Below are positions 9,020-18,975 of a stretch of 64,000 nt of DNA, one piece after another. The notes beneath the pieces were generated by a model, which saw only the letters and a list, made by a program, of their open reading frames with translations, was not told where the DNA came from and searched no databases. This stretch comes from Ignavibacteria bacterium. GTDB taxonomy: Bacteria > Bacteroidota > Ignavibacteria > Kapaibacteriales > Kapaibacteriaceae. The first letter of the stretch is position 1, and every line of letters begins with the position of its first letter. Location: assembly GCA_016191145.1 (NCBI GenBank), contig JACPPD010000007.1, positions 16,021 through 80,020 of the forward strand, written 5' to 3'. A program made the translations under genes and the position numbers.

Positions 9020-10687
9020 ATGACTCGATTGCGAAGAGCAGTATTGATGTTTCTGGTGATTTGTTTGGCTGGAGTACCTGCCATAGCGCAACAAAATTCA
9101 GCAGTCAAGAATCTTCTCCTCAGGTTCAAAAACTGGAGATACGGTATGGTATCCGTCTTCAAGGTTAGCGATGAAGAAACTGGTGTACCAGGTTTGAATA
9201 TTCTGTTAGGTCCCAAAGAACCGGACCTTAACTCCGAAGCTCAGGAATGTAAATCGAAGGATGATATTGAAAGTTACGTTCTTACCGGCGGCGAAGGAAT
9301 GGATGACAAGGAAATCCAGAGGCTCCTCCGTGAAAAGGGCTGCAAGGCCTACGAGCGATACTACACGCAACGCGTGGCATGGGAACGAGCCCAGTTCAAA
9401 AAAGCATACGTTGTTACAACCAGGCGCGTACAGGGCGAACCGTTTCAGGTAATTGGCTTGCTAACACAGCGGAACTCTGAAAGCTACTATGGCATCAAGG
9501 ACGACCTTGACCCACCAACAGATATTTTTCTTGCAACGGAACTTCAGTCGAAACTGCTTGATGAACCTGTCTTGGTAAATGCCGTAGTGAAGAAAGGGCG
9601 TGAAGTACTAGGCGGAACTGCAGCAGCCAGCCTTCTGGAATTTCTTGAGAATCAGGTTATTCAGGGGAACTATGAAAATGTTACGCCCGAAGCACAGGGG
9701 ATAGGCGAAGAGGGAATAAGGTTTGCAAGGAAACGGTACGGCAATACCATGGGAATATCGGAAGACGATGTTCAAACGTACATCAGGGTATCAGAGGGAT
9801 TGCCGCAGGATTATCAGAACAATAATGAAGTCATCGTAAGTGTTGCCGACGGAGTTTCCTATCGCAGGTATCAGCGCAAAGCGTCGGCAGCTTCTGCTCA
9901 GGGCACAGGAACGGATGAACTCGACAGTACTGTAGCGATGAACTCCAGCCTGCCGATTTATGGAGTCGAATTACGCTATGGGCTGGAGGCAATTAACTAC
10001 CCGTCCGTTTGGAGTGAACGCCTGACGCTTAATGCACTATGGGGGTCGTCCAGATTGGGTCTGATTTTACCAACAAACGGTTGGTCGTCCATATCTACAA
10101 CTTTTGGCAACACGCGGACGATGACCTATGCCGGACTTGGCGTGAGCGGCGCGTTTGATTTCCCGATTAAAGTCGTCAGCGAGTCAGGCGTGTTCAACTT
10201 GTCTACGAGCTACGTCTTTGATGATGCTAAACAAAGCAACTATATGCGGTATAATCCGGAGACGCAAAGAAACGAAGATTACCTTGTTCGATATCATGCA
10301 TCGTTACAATACTCGTTTGCTGTTCAAATCGACAAAGAGTTTTCGTTCCGTATGCGGTTAGGCGGTACGTTGTATGGCATGGAATCTTGGGCTGTCGATG
10401 CATCGATTCCTGATAGTGTAGAATACAAAAAGGTGGCAACTGAGACCATTGGCGGTATATCCGGACGAATTGACTTTATGACGACTGCATGGTCTACTCC
10501 AGTTGGCTTCTCATTGTCGTATTTCGATGAGTCGTTGTTGTCCCTTGCATGGCTGCAGATTCCCATCATGCAGAATTTTGCAATGAGGCTCGATGTACAA
10601 GTCTTCTCTCCGCTTTTGCGCGATCCGCACCCGTGGGAGACTAATTCTGTTGTAATCCCAAGCCTTCGATTCATTTTCAACTTCTAA
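9020..10687 (+). CDS. Outer-membrane beta-barrel-like protein with an N-terminal soluble domain (hypothetical)
   Basis: It has a signal peptide MTRLRRAVLMFLVICLAGVPAIAQ. The C-terminal ~250 aa shows alternating amphipathic strands and ends ...IPSLRFIFNF, a terminal Phe that is the OMP signature. Confidence 0.5.
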   Translation: MTRLRRAVLMFLVICLAGVPAIAQQNSAVKNLLLRFKNWRYGMVSVFKVSDEETGVPGLNILLGPKEPDLNSEAQECKSKDDIESYVLTGGEGMDDKEIQRLLREKGCKAYERYYTQRVAWERAQFKKAYVVTTRRVQGEPFQVIGLLTQRNSESYYGIKDDLDPPTDIFLATELQSKLLDEPVLVNAVVKKGREVLGGTAAASLLEFLENQVIQGNYENVTPEAQGIGEEGIRFARKRYGNTMGISEDDVQTYIRVSEGLPQDYQNNNEVIVSVADGVSYRRYQRKASAASAQGTGTDELDSTVAMNSSLPIYGVELRYGLEAINYPSVWSERLTLNALWGSSRLGLILPTNGWSSISTTFGNTRTMTYAGLGVSGAFDFPIKVVSESGVFNLSTSYVFDDAKQSNYMRYNPETQRNEDYLVRYHASLQYSFAVQIDKEFSFRMRLGGTLYGMESWAVDASIPDSVEYKKVATETIGGISGRIDFMTTAWSTPVGFSLSYFDESLLSLAWLQIPIMQNFAMRLDVQVFSPLLRDPHPWETNSVVIPSLRFIFNF

Positions 10688-10720
10688 CAAGCCCCTTACC
10701 GAAAAGAGAATGGATAAATA

Positions 10721-12115
10721 ATGAAACGAACGTTACTTCTTCTAACTCTCGTTGTTTGTGCTGCATCCTTGTGGGTTGTCACTCCTGGGAAGGGGCAGTC
10801 TTTGGAGCGAATCGTTGAACAGTTGAAAACGATTGACCCGGAAATTCTCCAGTACTTTCCACGGTGGCGTGTTTGCGAGCCAGACCTGCAAATTCAAATC
10901 AAGCAGACATTTGCTCTTACGGGGTACGATCCGTCCAAGCTGGATCAGACGAACATTATTATCACGTCGGCGCCTATTCGCCAGGATTTACCTGAACCAG
11001 AGTTCGATCTGATTCTCATTGAATGCGGCACAGAGAAAATGGTTGCGCAGGAAATTGCGCAGAATATGCGAAAACTGTCCTTTAAGATTGCAGACCCTAA
11101 ACGACCATACTGCTTCGTAGACATTCCTCCATCAGAGCCGCCATCGGCGCCTCAGGCCGACGAGATCATCAACTACATGGAGCCAACGAATGTTACGCAT
11201 GCGTTTACACTGTCGGCCTTCGAACAAACATTAAAAATCGGTAAGAGTGGATTTTGGTTGAAATCGAGTATTGGCACAGATCAGGTTGGGTATCATTATT
11301 GGTCTTCTGGTGAAGCCCGCGTTCAATTGCAACGTCCACTGTATACCAACACCGATCCGGATACACGCCGTGCCATACCATACCTTCTCAATGCACGGTT
11401 AGGAATGGCATATCGCCTCACAGGCGCCCTGGATGGTCAGGAACGATTGCTCGACTTTATTCCTGGACGGAAATTAAATGCAGGCGCCGGTGGCAAGCTC
11501 GTTGCAGGAATTGACTTTCACCTTCCCATGCACCCGAGAGTCGGTGTGTCGCTCAACATGGAGCTTCCCCTCAAAGGTATTTCTTCGGTAGATCCCATCG
11601 ATCCTACTACGTATTACAGATACGATATGGGTACGAGATTGATCTTTGCACCTGGCTACAACGAAGATCCGTATGCAATTGCACCTCTGTTGCGCTCTAC
11701 CGGACAGGCAACATTGTTCTATAACCTCTGGGTGGGGGCTAAGGGGCCCGAAAACTTTTTTAGAATAGACCTCGGAGTTAACTATGTAGAGGTTCAGGAA
11801 GCCGCTGTATTCAGCGACACTGTAAATAAGCGTTCATATCTCGCTGTTGATGGCGTTACGGGTTTAATCAAGTATCACCCTGTAGTTGCCCGCGACTGGA
11901 TTTATGCAAAAATTGAATATCGTAATCAGGGTTCGTTCCCTTTTGGTTTGAGCTTACAGTTTGCTAACCAAGTTCTGCTTGGAAGGGTTTATGTACCTAT
12001 CCTCGGCGATTGGTTTATGCTGGAAGGAAAGTACAGTACTCCGCTAAGGTCTGTACGCCCTTACGAACTTGACAATTTCTTTATGGTTTCTCCGGTGCTA
12101 CGCCTGAACTTCTAA
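10721..12115 (+). CDS. Outer-membrane beta-barrel-like protein, apparent paralogue of 9020..10687
   Basis: It has a signal peptide MKRTLLLLTLVVCAASLW and the C-terminus ...FFMVSPVLRLNF, similar to the upstream gene's ...VIPSLRFIFNF. The stop lies 2 bp before the next gene's ATG. Confidence 0.5.
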   Translation: MKRTLLLLTLVVCAASLWVVTPGKGQSLERIVEQLKTIDPEILQYFPRWRVCEPDLQIQIKQTFALTGYDPSKLDQTNIIITSAPIRQDLPEPEFDLILIECGTEKMVAQEIAQNMRKLSFKIADPKRPYCFVDIPPSEPPSAPQADEIINYMEPTNVTHAFTLSAFEQTLKIGKSGFWLKSSIGTDQVGYHYWSSGEARVQLQRPLYTNTDPDTRRAIPYLLNARLGMAYRLTGALDGQERLLDFIPGRKLNAGAGGKLVAGIDFHLPMHPRVGVSLNMELPLKGISSVDPIDPTTYYRYDMGTRLIFAPGYNEDPYAIAPLLRSTGQATLFYNLWVGAKGPENFFRIDLGVNYVEVQEAAVFSDTVNKRSYLAVDGVTGLIKYHPVVARDWIYAKIEYRNQGSFPFGLSLQFANQVLLGRVYVPILGDWFMLEGKYSTPLRSVRPYELDNFFMVSPVLRLNF

Positions 12116-12117
12116 GA

Positions 12118-13494
12118 ATGCTTTCGATCAGTTCTATGATTATTGAAAGGGCGTGCGTATCGTTCGCCCTTTTTCTTTTTACCATTACTCTTGGTAATCA
12201 TATTCTCTATGCTGGTAAAAGTCAAATCTCAGATTCACTTAGGCAAGACTCCGTAGCGCGTGTAAAACGCGCGGCAGAAGAGGCGAAAATTACGTCGACA
12301 TTAACCGGCGTAAAGATGACGATTCAAAACGTCGACATTACCAAATTCCCGTTGGTTAAGCTGATTGTGGAAGTGTACGACGACAGTTTAAGGGCCATGG
12401 AACACATTGACCCTAGTACCTTAACGGTTATCGAAAATGGTGTCGCAAAACCTGTACTGTCTATTGATAAAATAGATATCAGAGACAGAATACCTGTGGA
12501 TTTTGTTTTTCTTGTTGATGTTACTGGTACCATGCAGGCATACATCAACGGTGTAAAGAATAACATCGAAAAATTTGTCGACACTCTAAGAACAAGGGGC
12601 ATTGAGTACAGGCTCGGTCTGATATTATTTTCAGATATAATCGAGACCTCATACCAACCAACAACCGATGTTAAAGAATTCTTGGGATGGCTTAGCAAGG
12701 TCTTTGCATCTGGAGGCTTCGACGAGAAAGAGAATGCTTTAGAGGCTATTGTCGAAGGAGTAAAGTCTAAATGGAGTCCGGCAGCGAACCGCGTCATCGT
12801 ATTAGTAACCGATGCCCCTTACCATCAGATTGGTGAGCGTGGGAACGGCAGAACGTATATGAGTACGGAAACTACCATTGAATTGCTGAAGCAGAATGAT
12901 GTGAGGCTGTTCTGCATCGCTTCCCCGGAGCTTAAGGAATATGCCCAATTGTCTGCTGGCAACAGAGGAGCGTTATTCGATATCAGGCAGCCTTTTTCCA
13001 GAATATTAGACCAATATTCAACACAGTTAACAAATCTCTACGCCGTCTCGTATCGGTCGGATACAAGACTTACATCGGATTCCATCAATGTTTCCATTCT
13101 CGATGAGAACAAGAAAGAGTTGGTGAAACGAATGATTCCGATTGTGGAGATAGGAAGAAAGTTTATTATCGAGAACTTGCTGTTTGAAACTAACAGCGCG
13201 CAGTTGAGCAAGAAGGTTGATGAGTTGAACGTGCTAGTCGACTTTATGCGTCTGCGTCCGGCTGTTCGGATACGTGTGGAAGGGCACACCGATAATAAAG
13301 GTCCGCTGAAGCATAACAATACTCTTTCGCAAGCCCGTGCGGAAAGCGTAAAAGCCTTCATAGTGCAAAAGGGCATTGATGCAGGAAGAATTCAGACCGT
13401 TGGGTTTGGCCCGTCGAAGCCGATTGGCGACAACAAAACAGATTTTGGGCGCAGCCTGAACCGTCGCACAGAAATTCTGATTGTTGCCAAATAA
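12118..13494 (+). CDS. Membrane-anchored vWA domain protein with a C-terminal OmpA-like peptidoglycan-binding domain
   Basis: It has an N-terminal hydrophobic anchor. The vWA MIDAS region is VDFVFLVDVTGTMQAY. The OmpA_C signature is ...RIRVEGHTDNKGPLKHNNTLSQARAESVKAFIVQKGIDAGRIQTVGFGPSKPIGDNKTDFGRSLNRRTEILIV. Confidence 0.7.
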   Translation: MLSISSMIIERACVSFALFLFTITLGNHILYAGKSQISDSLRQDSVARVKRAAEEAKITSTLTGVKMTIQNVDITKFPLVKLIVEVYDDSLRAMEHIDPSTLTVIENGVAKPVLSIDKIDIRDRIPVDFVFLVDVTGTMQAYINGVKNNIEKFVDTLRTRGIEYRLGLILFSDIIETSYQPTTDVKEFLGWLSKVFASGGFDEKENALEAIVEGVKSKWSPAANRVIVLVTDAPYHQIGERGNGRTYMSTETTIELLKQNDVRLFCIASPELKEYAQLSAGNRGALFDIRQPFSRILDQYSTQLTNLYAVSYRSDTRLTSDSINVSILDENKKELVKRMIPIVEIGRKFIIENLLFETNSAQLSKKVDELNVLVDFMRLRPAVRIRVEGHTDNKGPLKHNNTLSQARAESVKAFIVQKGIDAGRIQTVGFGPSKPIGDNKTDFGRSLNRRTEILIVAK

Positions 13495-13499
13495 TTCAA

Positions 13500-14147
13500 T
13501 TATTTGGTTTCGACGCTGAATGTTCTGCCTTTAAACAGACTAACGTATCGAATGTTTGTGGTATCTGCTGCCGGACGCAGGAAGAACACCGTGCTCACAG
13601 GACCAAATGAAGAATTTCTCAGATCGATTCCGGCTACAGTTCCTTGTGTTCTGCTAACAAAATTTACTGATTCTACCGGGTTGAGTTTGCCAATGAAATA
13701 AATGGTTGCAGGCAGATGACTTTTTACAAGAAGCCCGGCAACCATCGATACTATTTGTGTTTGCTTTCCAACATCAAGGTAGTTTGCTTCGCTCATTGCT
13801 CTGCGCAGATTGCGTTCATACTCACTCATCGATGCAGACCACGGATCTACAACAGGCGAACCTACGATGAGATCGGTAGTGTTTGAATCCGATCCCACAT
13901 CGGCGCGGATACGTGCAATCACAGAATCTGCATCTGCGCTGCTGACACGCGAAAAGACAATTGCATACCGGACGTGTTTGGCTCTTTTTGTCTTTTCCCG
14001 CGCAATAATGTCGCCTTGCTTCGGCATATCTCTGTATAGCAAGCTTAACGTAAGACCGACTAGCGCAAGAAATGCAAATGCGATAAAAATGTACACCCAT
14101 CCATTTTTTCGTGGAAGCGGAATTCCGTTTTCATCTTTCCTAATCAT
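13500..14147 (-). CDS. Hypothetical membrane-anchored protein (N-terminal TM), downstream of purF
   Basis: The ORF has a TM helix WVYIFIAFAFLALVGLTLSLLY. I recognise no motif. Confidence 0.45.
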   Translation of the reverse strand: MIRKDENGIPLPRKNGWVYIFIAFAFLALVGLTLSLLYRDMPKQGDIIAREKTKRAKHVRYAIVFSRVSSADADSVIARIRADVGSDSNTTDLIVGSPVVDPWSASMSEYERNLRRAMSEANYLDVGKQTQIVSMVAGLLVKSHLPATIYFIGKLNPVESVNFVSRTQGTVAGIDLRNSSFGPVSTVFFLRPAADTTNIRYVSLFKGRTFSVETK

Positions 14148-14175
14148 ATTCAGAATTCTCTTTACGAAAATCGTC

Positions 14176-15633
14176 CTAATCTTCGGTTACTTCCTTGTCT
14201 GCATAAATATCTATTTCAACCGGATACTCGCCCGTAAAGCATGACGTGCAATATCCAACACCTGGCTCGTGCGGGACCGAGTCCATCATGCCCTGCACAC
14301 TGAGGTAGCGCAGAGTGTCTACACCCAACTCCCTGCCAATTGATTCTTCGGAGTCGTGGTGATTAGCAATCAACTCTTCCTTGCTTGGGAAGTCCATCCC
14401 ATACTTACATGGAAATCTGACAGGGGGCGATGTAATTCGCATGTGTATTTCGCGAGGCGCAGCCTCGCGGATGAGCTTTACAAGAGCCTTTGATGTAGTT
14501 CCTCTAACAATTGAATCATCAACTACAACAACCTTGTTGCCTTCGAGTACTCCCCGAACAACGTTGAATTTTGTTTTAACTTTAAATGCACGCTTGTTCT
14601 GTCCAGGTGCAATGAATGTTCTTCCAACATAGTGCGACCGGATTAATCCAATCTCAAAGCGTGTGGGAAAGCGTTTTTCATTAACGCGTGCATATCCCAG
14701 CGTTGCAGTGTTACCTGAGTCGGGAACGGAGATCACTACTACCTTGTCGTCTTCCGTTCCTTCAACGGGGCTTTCCTCTGCTAGTGCTTTGCCAAACTTT
14801 CGTCTGACTTTATCGACCTGGTTGCCAAAAATCAATGAGTCAGGACGAGAGAAATACACGTATTCGAAAATGCAATGCCTTGATACTTCCATTGCATCGT
14901 CGATGTAATGCGATGTAAACTCACCTGTCCGAATTGTGTGTTCGTCGATGACGAGAATTTCATTATGCTCAACATCTCTCAAATATTCTGCGCTGATAAT
15001 ATCAAGAGCACAGGATTCAGAGGCAACGATATAGGCATATTCATCGCCGTGCTTCAGACGGCCAACGCATAGCGGTCGGAATCCATGCGGATCTCGAGAT
15101 GCATACAGTGCGTTTTCTGAGAGCATCACCAGTGAGTATGCGCCCTTGGCAGTGCAGATTGCTTCGCGTATTTGTTCTATCTGGGATTTCTTCTTACTGC
15201 GTGCAATAAGGTGAAGAAAAATTTCGCTGTCTGTTGTGGTCTGGAATATGGCGCCATCTTCTTTCAGAGCAGTTCTTAACTGTCGGGTGTTTGTAAGATT
15301 GCCATTATGGGCCAGGGCAAACAAGCCCCCTGTATAGCTGATATGAAATGGCTGAATGTTTGCGAGAGAATTGCTGCCCGTTGTTGAATATCGGTTGTGT
15401 CCGATTGCTGACCGACCTTTCAACGTCTTTTCGAATACATCGTAATCGCCAAAGACATCTAAAACAAGACCTTCACCCTTGTGGACGCCAAAGCGAGAAC
15501 GTTTACGCTCTTCGTCTTCGAATACGGTAACAATACCGCTGGCTTCCTGGCCTCTGTGCTGCAATGCATGCAGAGCATAGTAGGTTAGGACAGCAGCCTG
15601 TGGGTGATTAAATACTCCGACGATTCCGCACAT
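14176..15633 (-). CDS. purF: Amidophosphoribosyltransferase
   Basis: The N-terminus MCGIVGV is the N-terminal nucleophile Cys. It has a glutamine amidotransferase class II domain and a PRTase domain (VVVDDSIVRGTT). Confidence 0.9.
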   Translation of the reverse strand: MCGIVGVFNHPQAAVLTYYALHALQHRGQEASGIVTVFEDEERKRSRFGVHKGEGLVLDVFGDYDVFEKTLKGRSAIGHNRYSTTGSNSLANIQPFHISYTGGLFALAHNGNLTNTRQLRTALKEDGAIFQTTTDSEIFLHLIARSKKKSQIEQIREAICTAKGAYSLVMLSENALYASRDPHGFRPLCVGRLKHGDEYAYIVASESCALDIISAEYLRDVEHNEILVIDEHTIRTGEFTSHYIDDAMEVSRHCIFEYVYFSRPDSLIFGNQVDKVRRKFGKALAEESPVEGTEDDKVVVISVPDSGNTATLGYARVNEKRFPTRFEIGLIRSHYVGRTFIAPGQNKRAFKVKTKFNVVRGVLEGNKVVVVDDSIVRGTTSKALVKLIREAAPREIHMRITSPPVRFPCKYGMDFPSKEELIANHHDSEESIGRELGVDTLRYLSVQGMMDSVPHEPGVGYCTSCFTGEYPVEIDIYADKEVTED

Positions 15634-15658
15634 TTTATTTGTAATTGGTGGTCGAAGG

Positions 15659-16375
15659 TTATTGTGAATCAGTCATGTTATGAAAGACGTTCTGTACATC
15701 GTCATCGTCTTCGATTCGCTCGATGAGTTTTATTACATCTTCGGCTTGGTCGTCTGAAACGGTAACAGTGTTGTTTGGTATGCGCCGGATCTCTGCAGAC
15801 GCAACGTCCACTCCTCCTGTTTCCAAAGCTCGCTGCATTGGAATGAAATCTTCAAAGGATGTATAGGCAACAAGATCGTCGTCGACCACCTGAATTTCAT
15901 CGGCGCCGTTTTCTATCAGCATCAACTCAAGATTGTCTCTGTTGATATTAGCTGCAGGAATCGTAAAGACTCCTTTGCGGTCGAAGATAAATTCAAGTGA
16001 GCCCGAAGTGCCGAGAGCTCCGTTACAGCGGTTGAAATAGGATCTGATATTTGCTACTGTCCTAGTTGGGTTATCGGTTGTTGTTTCAATCCATATTGCC
16101 ACACCATAGGGGCCATAGCCCTCATAGTTAATTTCCTGTAGGTCGGCTTCATCTTTTGCTGTTGCCTTACGGATTGCATTTTCAACGTTATCCTTGGGCA
16201 TGTTGGCGGCTTTGGCGTTTTGAATAACAACACGCAATCGAGGGTTCGTTTCCGGGTCTGCCCCACCCTGTTTAACAGCAACGGAGATTTCTTTCCCCAA
16301 CTTTGTAAACGTCTTTGCCATGTTCGCCCACCGTTTTTCTTTGCGGGCGCGTCGGAATTCAAAAGCTCTTCCCAT
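15659..16375 (-). CDS. yebC: YebC/PmpR-family transcriptional regulator
   Basis: The region MGRAFEFRRARKEKRWANMAKTFTKLGKEI...NPRLR is the conserved YebC N-terminus. The length is 238 aa. Confidence 0.9.
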   Translation of the reverse strand: MGRAFEFRRARKEKRWANMAKTFTKLGKEISVAVKQGGADPETNPRLRVVIQNAKAANMPKDNVENAIRKATAKDEADLQEINYEGYGPYGVAIWIETTTDNPTRTVANIRSYFNRCNGALGTSGSLEFIFDRKGVFTIPAANINRDNLELMLIENGADEIQVVDDDLVAYTSFEDFIPMQRALETGGVDVASAEIRRIPNNTVTVSDDQAEDVIKLIERIEDDDDVQNVFHNMTDSQ

Positions 16376-16385
16376 TTCTCATTTG

Positions 16386-17534
16386 TCAGATTCGTTTCTC
16401 GTAAATCCTATAGGTGCGGTACCGATCGCCATTCATCGTCGTCGTCAAACCGCGGTTCATCATTTCGTTGTCTTCCAGTATCCAGCTTGCCTCTGCGCCA
16501 ACAATTCCGCGTTTCAATCCCCGCGTTCCAATTTCAGAGTACATTGCCGCATCAACTCCGGACTTTTGAAATTCGGGCAGCACGCCGAGAACGAGGATTC
16601 GAAGAAAATCAATTTTTTTACTTTGTGTAAGGAGTAGCAAAGCCCCCTTCAAAATCCGGCCCTTTCGGTTGCGAATCAGCACCTGATTAATGTCGGGCAG
16701 TGCCAGAATAAAACCGGCCGGAACACCCATTATTTCGGCGAAAAAGACCAGCGAGGAATCGGCGATTTGCTTTAAGTCGTTTGCCAGAAAATCGAATTCC
16801 TCATCCGTCATCTTTACAAAACCCCAGTTTGGCTGCCAGGCTGTATTGTACATGTGTTTAATAAGTTCAACATCTCGGCGATACTGATGTTTATCCTTAA
16901 AGTCTATCGAGCGGAAGGTGATTTTTTTCCGTTCGATTAGCGCATCGAAGATTCGTTTTAGCTTGTCGGAACGATAGGTTTCCTGTGTAACGCGGTAGGC
17001 ATACAAATCCTTTGCCTTCCCGAAACCGGCATCTTCGATGAGGTTAACGTAGTATGGCGGATTGTACGACATAAGCACTACGGGTGGACCATCAAAGCCG
17101 TGAACGAGCAGGCCGCATTCATCGTTCATGGAAGGATTTACCGGCCCCCTTATAGTGTCCATTCCTTTATCGCGGAGCCATTGCTCAGCAGCCGTAAACA
17201 AGGCTGTGGCAACACCCTGATCGTGGATTGATTCGAAGAATCCAAAGAATCCTACTCGATCGTGATGTGTTGCATTATGCATTGCATTTGTAATGGCGGC
17301 AATGCGTCCAACAATGCGATTGTTCTGCTCTGCAACAAACAACTGGATTTCTGCGTGGCGGAAAAATGGATTGACTTTTGTGTTGAGCAGCTTCTTTCTG
17401 TCCATTAGCAATGGGGGCACCCAATGCGGATCGTCTTTATAAAACGCCCATTGCGATTTAATGAACAACATTGTCTCTGATGGTCTGAGCGCTCTTACTT
17501 TAAAGCTCATAATCAAGCCTTTCTCCTGATGCAA
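16386..17534 (-). CDS. GNAT/FemAB-like acyltransferase-superfamily protein (hypothetical function)
   Basis: It is about 375 aa and resembles uncharacterised N-acyltransferase-fold proteins. The true start is possibly the ATG at 17510 (MSFKVRAL...). Confidence 0.4.
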   Translation of the reverse strand: MHQEKGLIMSFKVRALRPSETMLFIKSQWAFYKDDPHWVPPLLMDRKKLLNTKVNPFFRHAEIQLFVAEQNNRIVGRIAAITNAMHNATHHDRVGFFGFFESIHDQGVATALFTAAEQWLRDKGMDTIRGPVNPSMNDECGLLVHGFDGPPVVLMSYNPPYYVNLIEDAGFGKAKDLYAYRVTQETYRSDKLKRIFDALIERKKITFRSIDFKDKHQYRRDVELIKHMYNTAWQPNWGFVKMTDEEFDFLANDLKQIADSSLVFFAEIMGVPAGFILALPDINQVLIRNRKGRILKGALLLLTQSKKIDFLRILVLGVLPEFQKSGVDAAMYSEIGTRGLKRGIVGAEASWILEDNEMMNRGLTTTMNGDRYRTYRIYEKRI

Positions 17535-17626
17535 AGATACCTACCAGGCTTTTGTGTGTGCCGACGTAACTGCGATTCCCTATGTTTGGCGTTCGCTGCC
17601 TTGCTTGTATCAATTGGACTAATCAC

Positions 17627-18973
17627 ATGAAAAAAATCGGTAATTGCTTTCTCCTCGCGTTTTTGCTTCTTATTCCATTCGCAGTGGTACCCGTGCAGTC
17701 ATTCGGGCTTGGCGATGATATCGAAGATGCTGCAGAGGCCATGTATCAATGGACACGGACAGACACATCCCTTTGGAACACGATGGCAGAGTTTTGCGAT
17801 TATTATCCAAAACGTCTCAGTGGTTCTGATAATCTTGAAAGGGGCATTGACTGGATAGTTGCTACGATGAAGAGTCGTGGGTGGGACGTTAAAACTCAGA
17901 ACGTATCTGTCCCCAACTGGAAACGCGGCACTGAATGGCTTAAGATGCACGGACAGCTGAATAAAGACATGAAGATTGCAGGGTTGGGCGGAACTGTAGG
18001 AACGGGTTCTACATCGCTTCTGGCGCAAGTGTACGTGGTGAAATCTTTCGACGACATCAAAGCTCACGCAGCCGAGGTTAAAGGTAAAATAGTTGTGTGG
18101 AATGTTGAGTTTACCACGTATCGCGAAACTGTTGCATATCGCTATCGGGGAGCATCGGAGGCCGCTCGATATGGGGCTGTAGCCTCTCTTGTTCGGAGCA
18201 TTGGTCCGTTTGGAATGCAGACGCCGCACACAGGCTGGATGAAATACAACGATTCACTGCCTATGATACCTGCGGCGGCGATTACAATGGAAGATGCCCT
18301 GCTGCTGCAGCGCATGCAGGATAGAGGGGCAAAAATTGAACTGGAGTTGATGTTAGTATCGCACTCAGAGAGCAATGCCACTTCCCGAAACGTTATCATT
18401 GAGTTGAAGGGAACAACACATCCCGAAGAAATCGTAGTTATTGGCGGCCATATCGACTCATGGGATTTAGGCACCGGTGCGATGGACGATGCAGGAGGAT
18501 GCTTTGTAGCCTGGCGTGCTCTTGAAATGATGCGTGAACTGGGCCTGAAACCAAAACGAACGATTCGATTATGTCTGTGGACGAATGAAGAAAATGGAAC
18601 CAGAGGAGCTCAGGCCTATGCCGATAGTACAAAAAATGAACATCATGTTGCCGGGATTGAATGCGACGGCGGGACGTTCCGTCCACGAGGGTTTAGCGGG
18701 ACGCTACCCCCGGATTTGAAGGAAGATCTCCTTGATGCATTTGAACATCTGGAGATTATTGGCGCGTCTGAAATTCGCGACGGTGAAGGGGGCGCCGACA
18801 CCGGTCCTCTGCGCGAAAAGGGTATTCCCGTGATGGAGTTGGAAGTTGATACAACGCGGTATTTTTGGTATCACCACACGGAAGCCGATACTCCTGATAA
18901 ACTCAACCCAAAGGAAATGAACGACTGTACGTATGCAATGGCAGTAGCTGCCTGGGCATGCGCTAATAGATAA
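17627..18973 (+). CDS. M28-family metallopeptidase (secreted)
   Basis: It has a signal peptide MKKIGNCFLLAFLLLIPFAVVPVQSFG and M28 metal-binding motifs: GGHIDSWDLGTGAMDDAGG and NEENGTRGAQAY. The ORF-track start at 17582 is less likely. Confidence 0.8.
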   Translation: MKKIGNCFLLAFLLLIPFAVVPVQSFGLGDDIEDAAEAMYQWTRTDTSLWNTMAEFCDYYPKRLSGSDNLERGIDWIVATMKSRGWDVKTQNVSVPNWKRGTEWLKMHGQLNKDMKIAGLGGTVGTGSTSLLAQVYVVKSFDDIKAHAAEVKGKIVVWNVEFTTYRETVAYRYRGASEAARYGAVASLVRSIGPFGMQTPHTGWMKYNDSLPMIPAAAITMEDALLLQRMQDRGAKIELELMLVSHSESNATSRNVIIELKGTTHPEEIVVIGGHIDSWDLGTGAMDDAGGCFVAWRALEMMRELGLKPKRTIRLCLWTNEENGTRGAQAYADSTKNEHHVAGIECDGGTFRPRGFSGTLPPDLKEDLLDAFEHLEIIGASEIRDGEGGADTGPLREKGIPVMELEVDTTRYFWYHHTEADTPDKLNPKEMNDCTYAMAVAAWACANR

Positions 18974-18975
18974 AT

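Noticed and set aside
6839-10687. Calling the cluster gldM/gldN (T9SS core)
   Set aside because: There is only a loose N-terminal resemblance of the 715-aa protein to GldM. No GldK-like FGE lipoprotein and no GldL-like protein are adjacent. The downstream genes are beta-barrels, not GldN-like periplasmic proteins.
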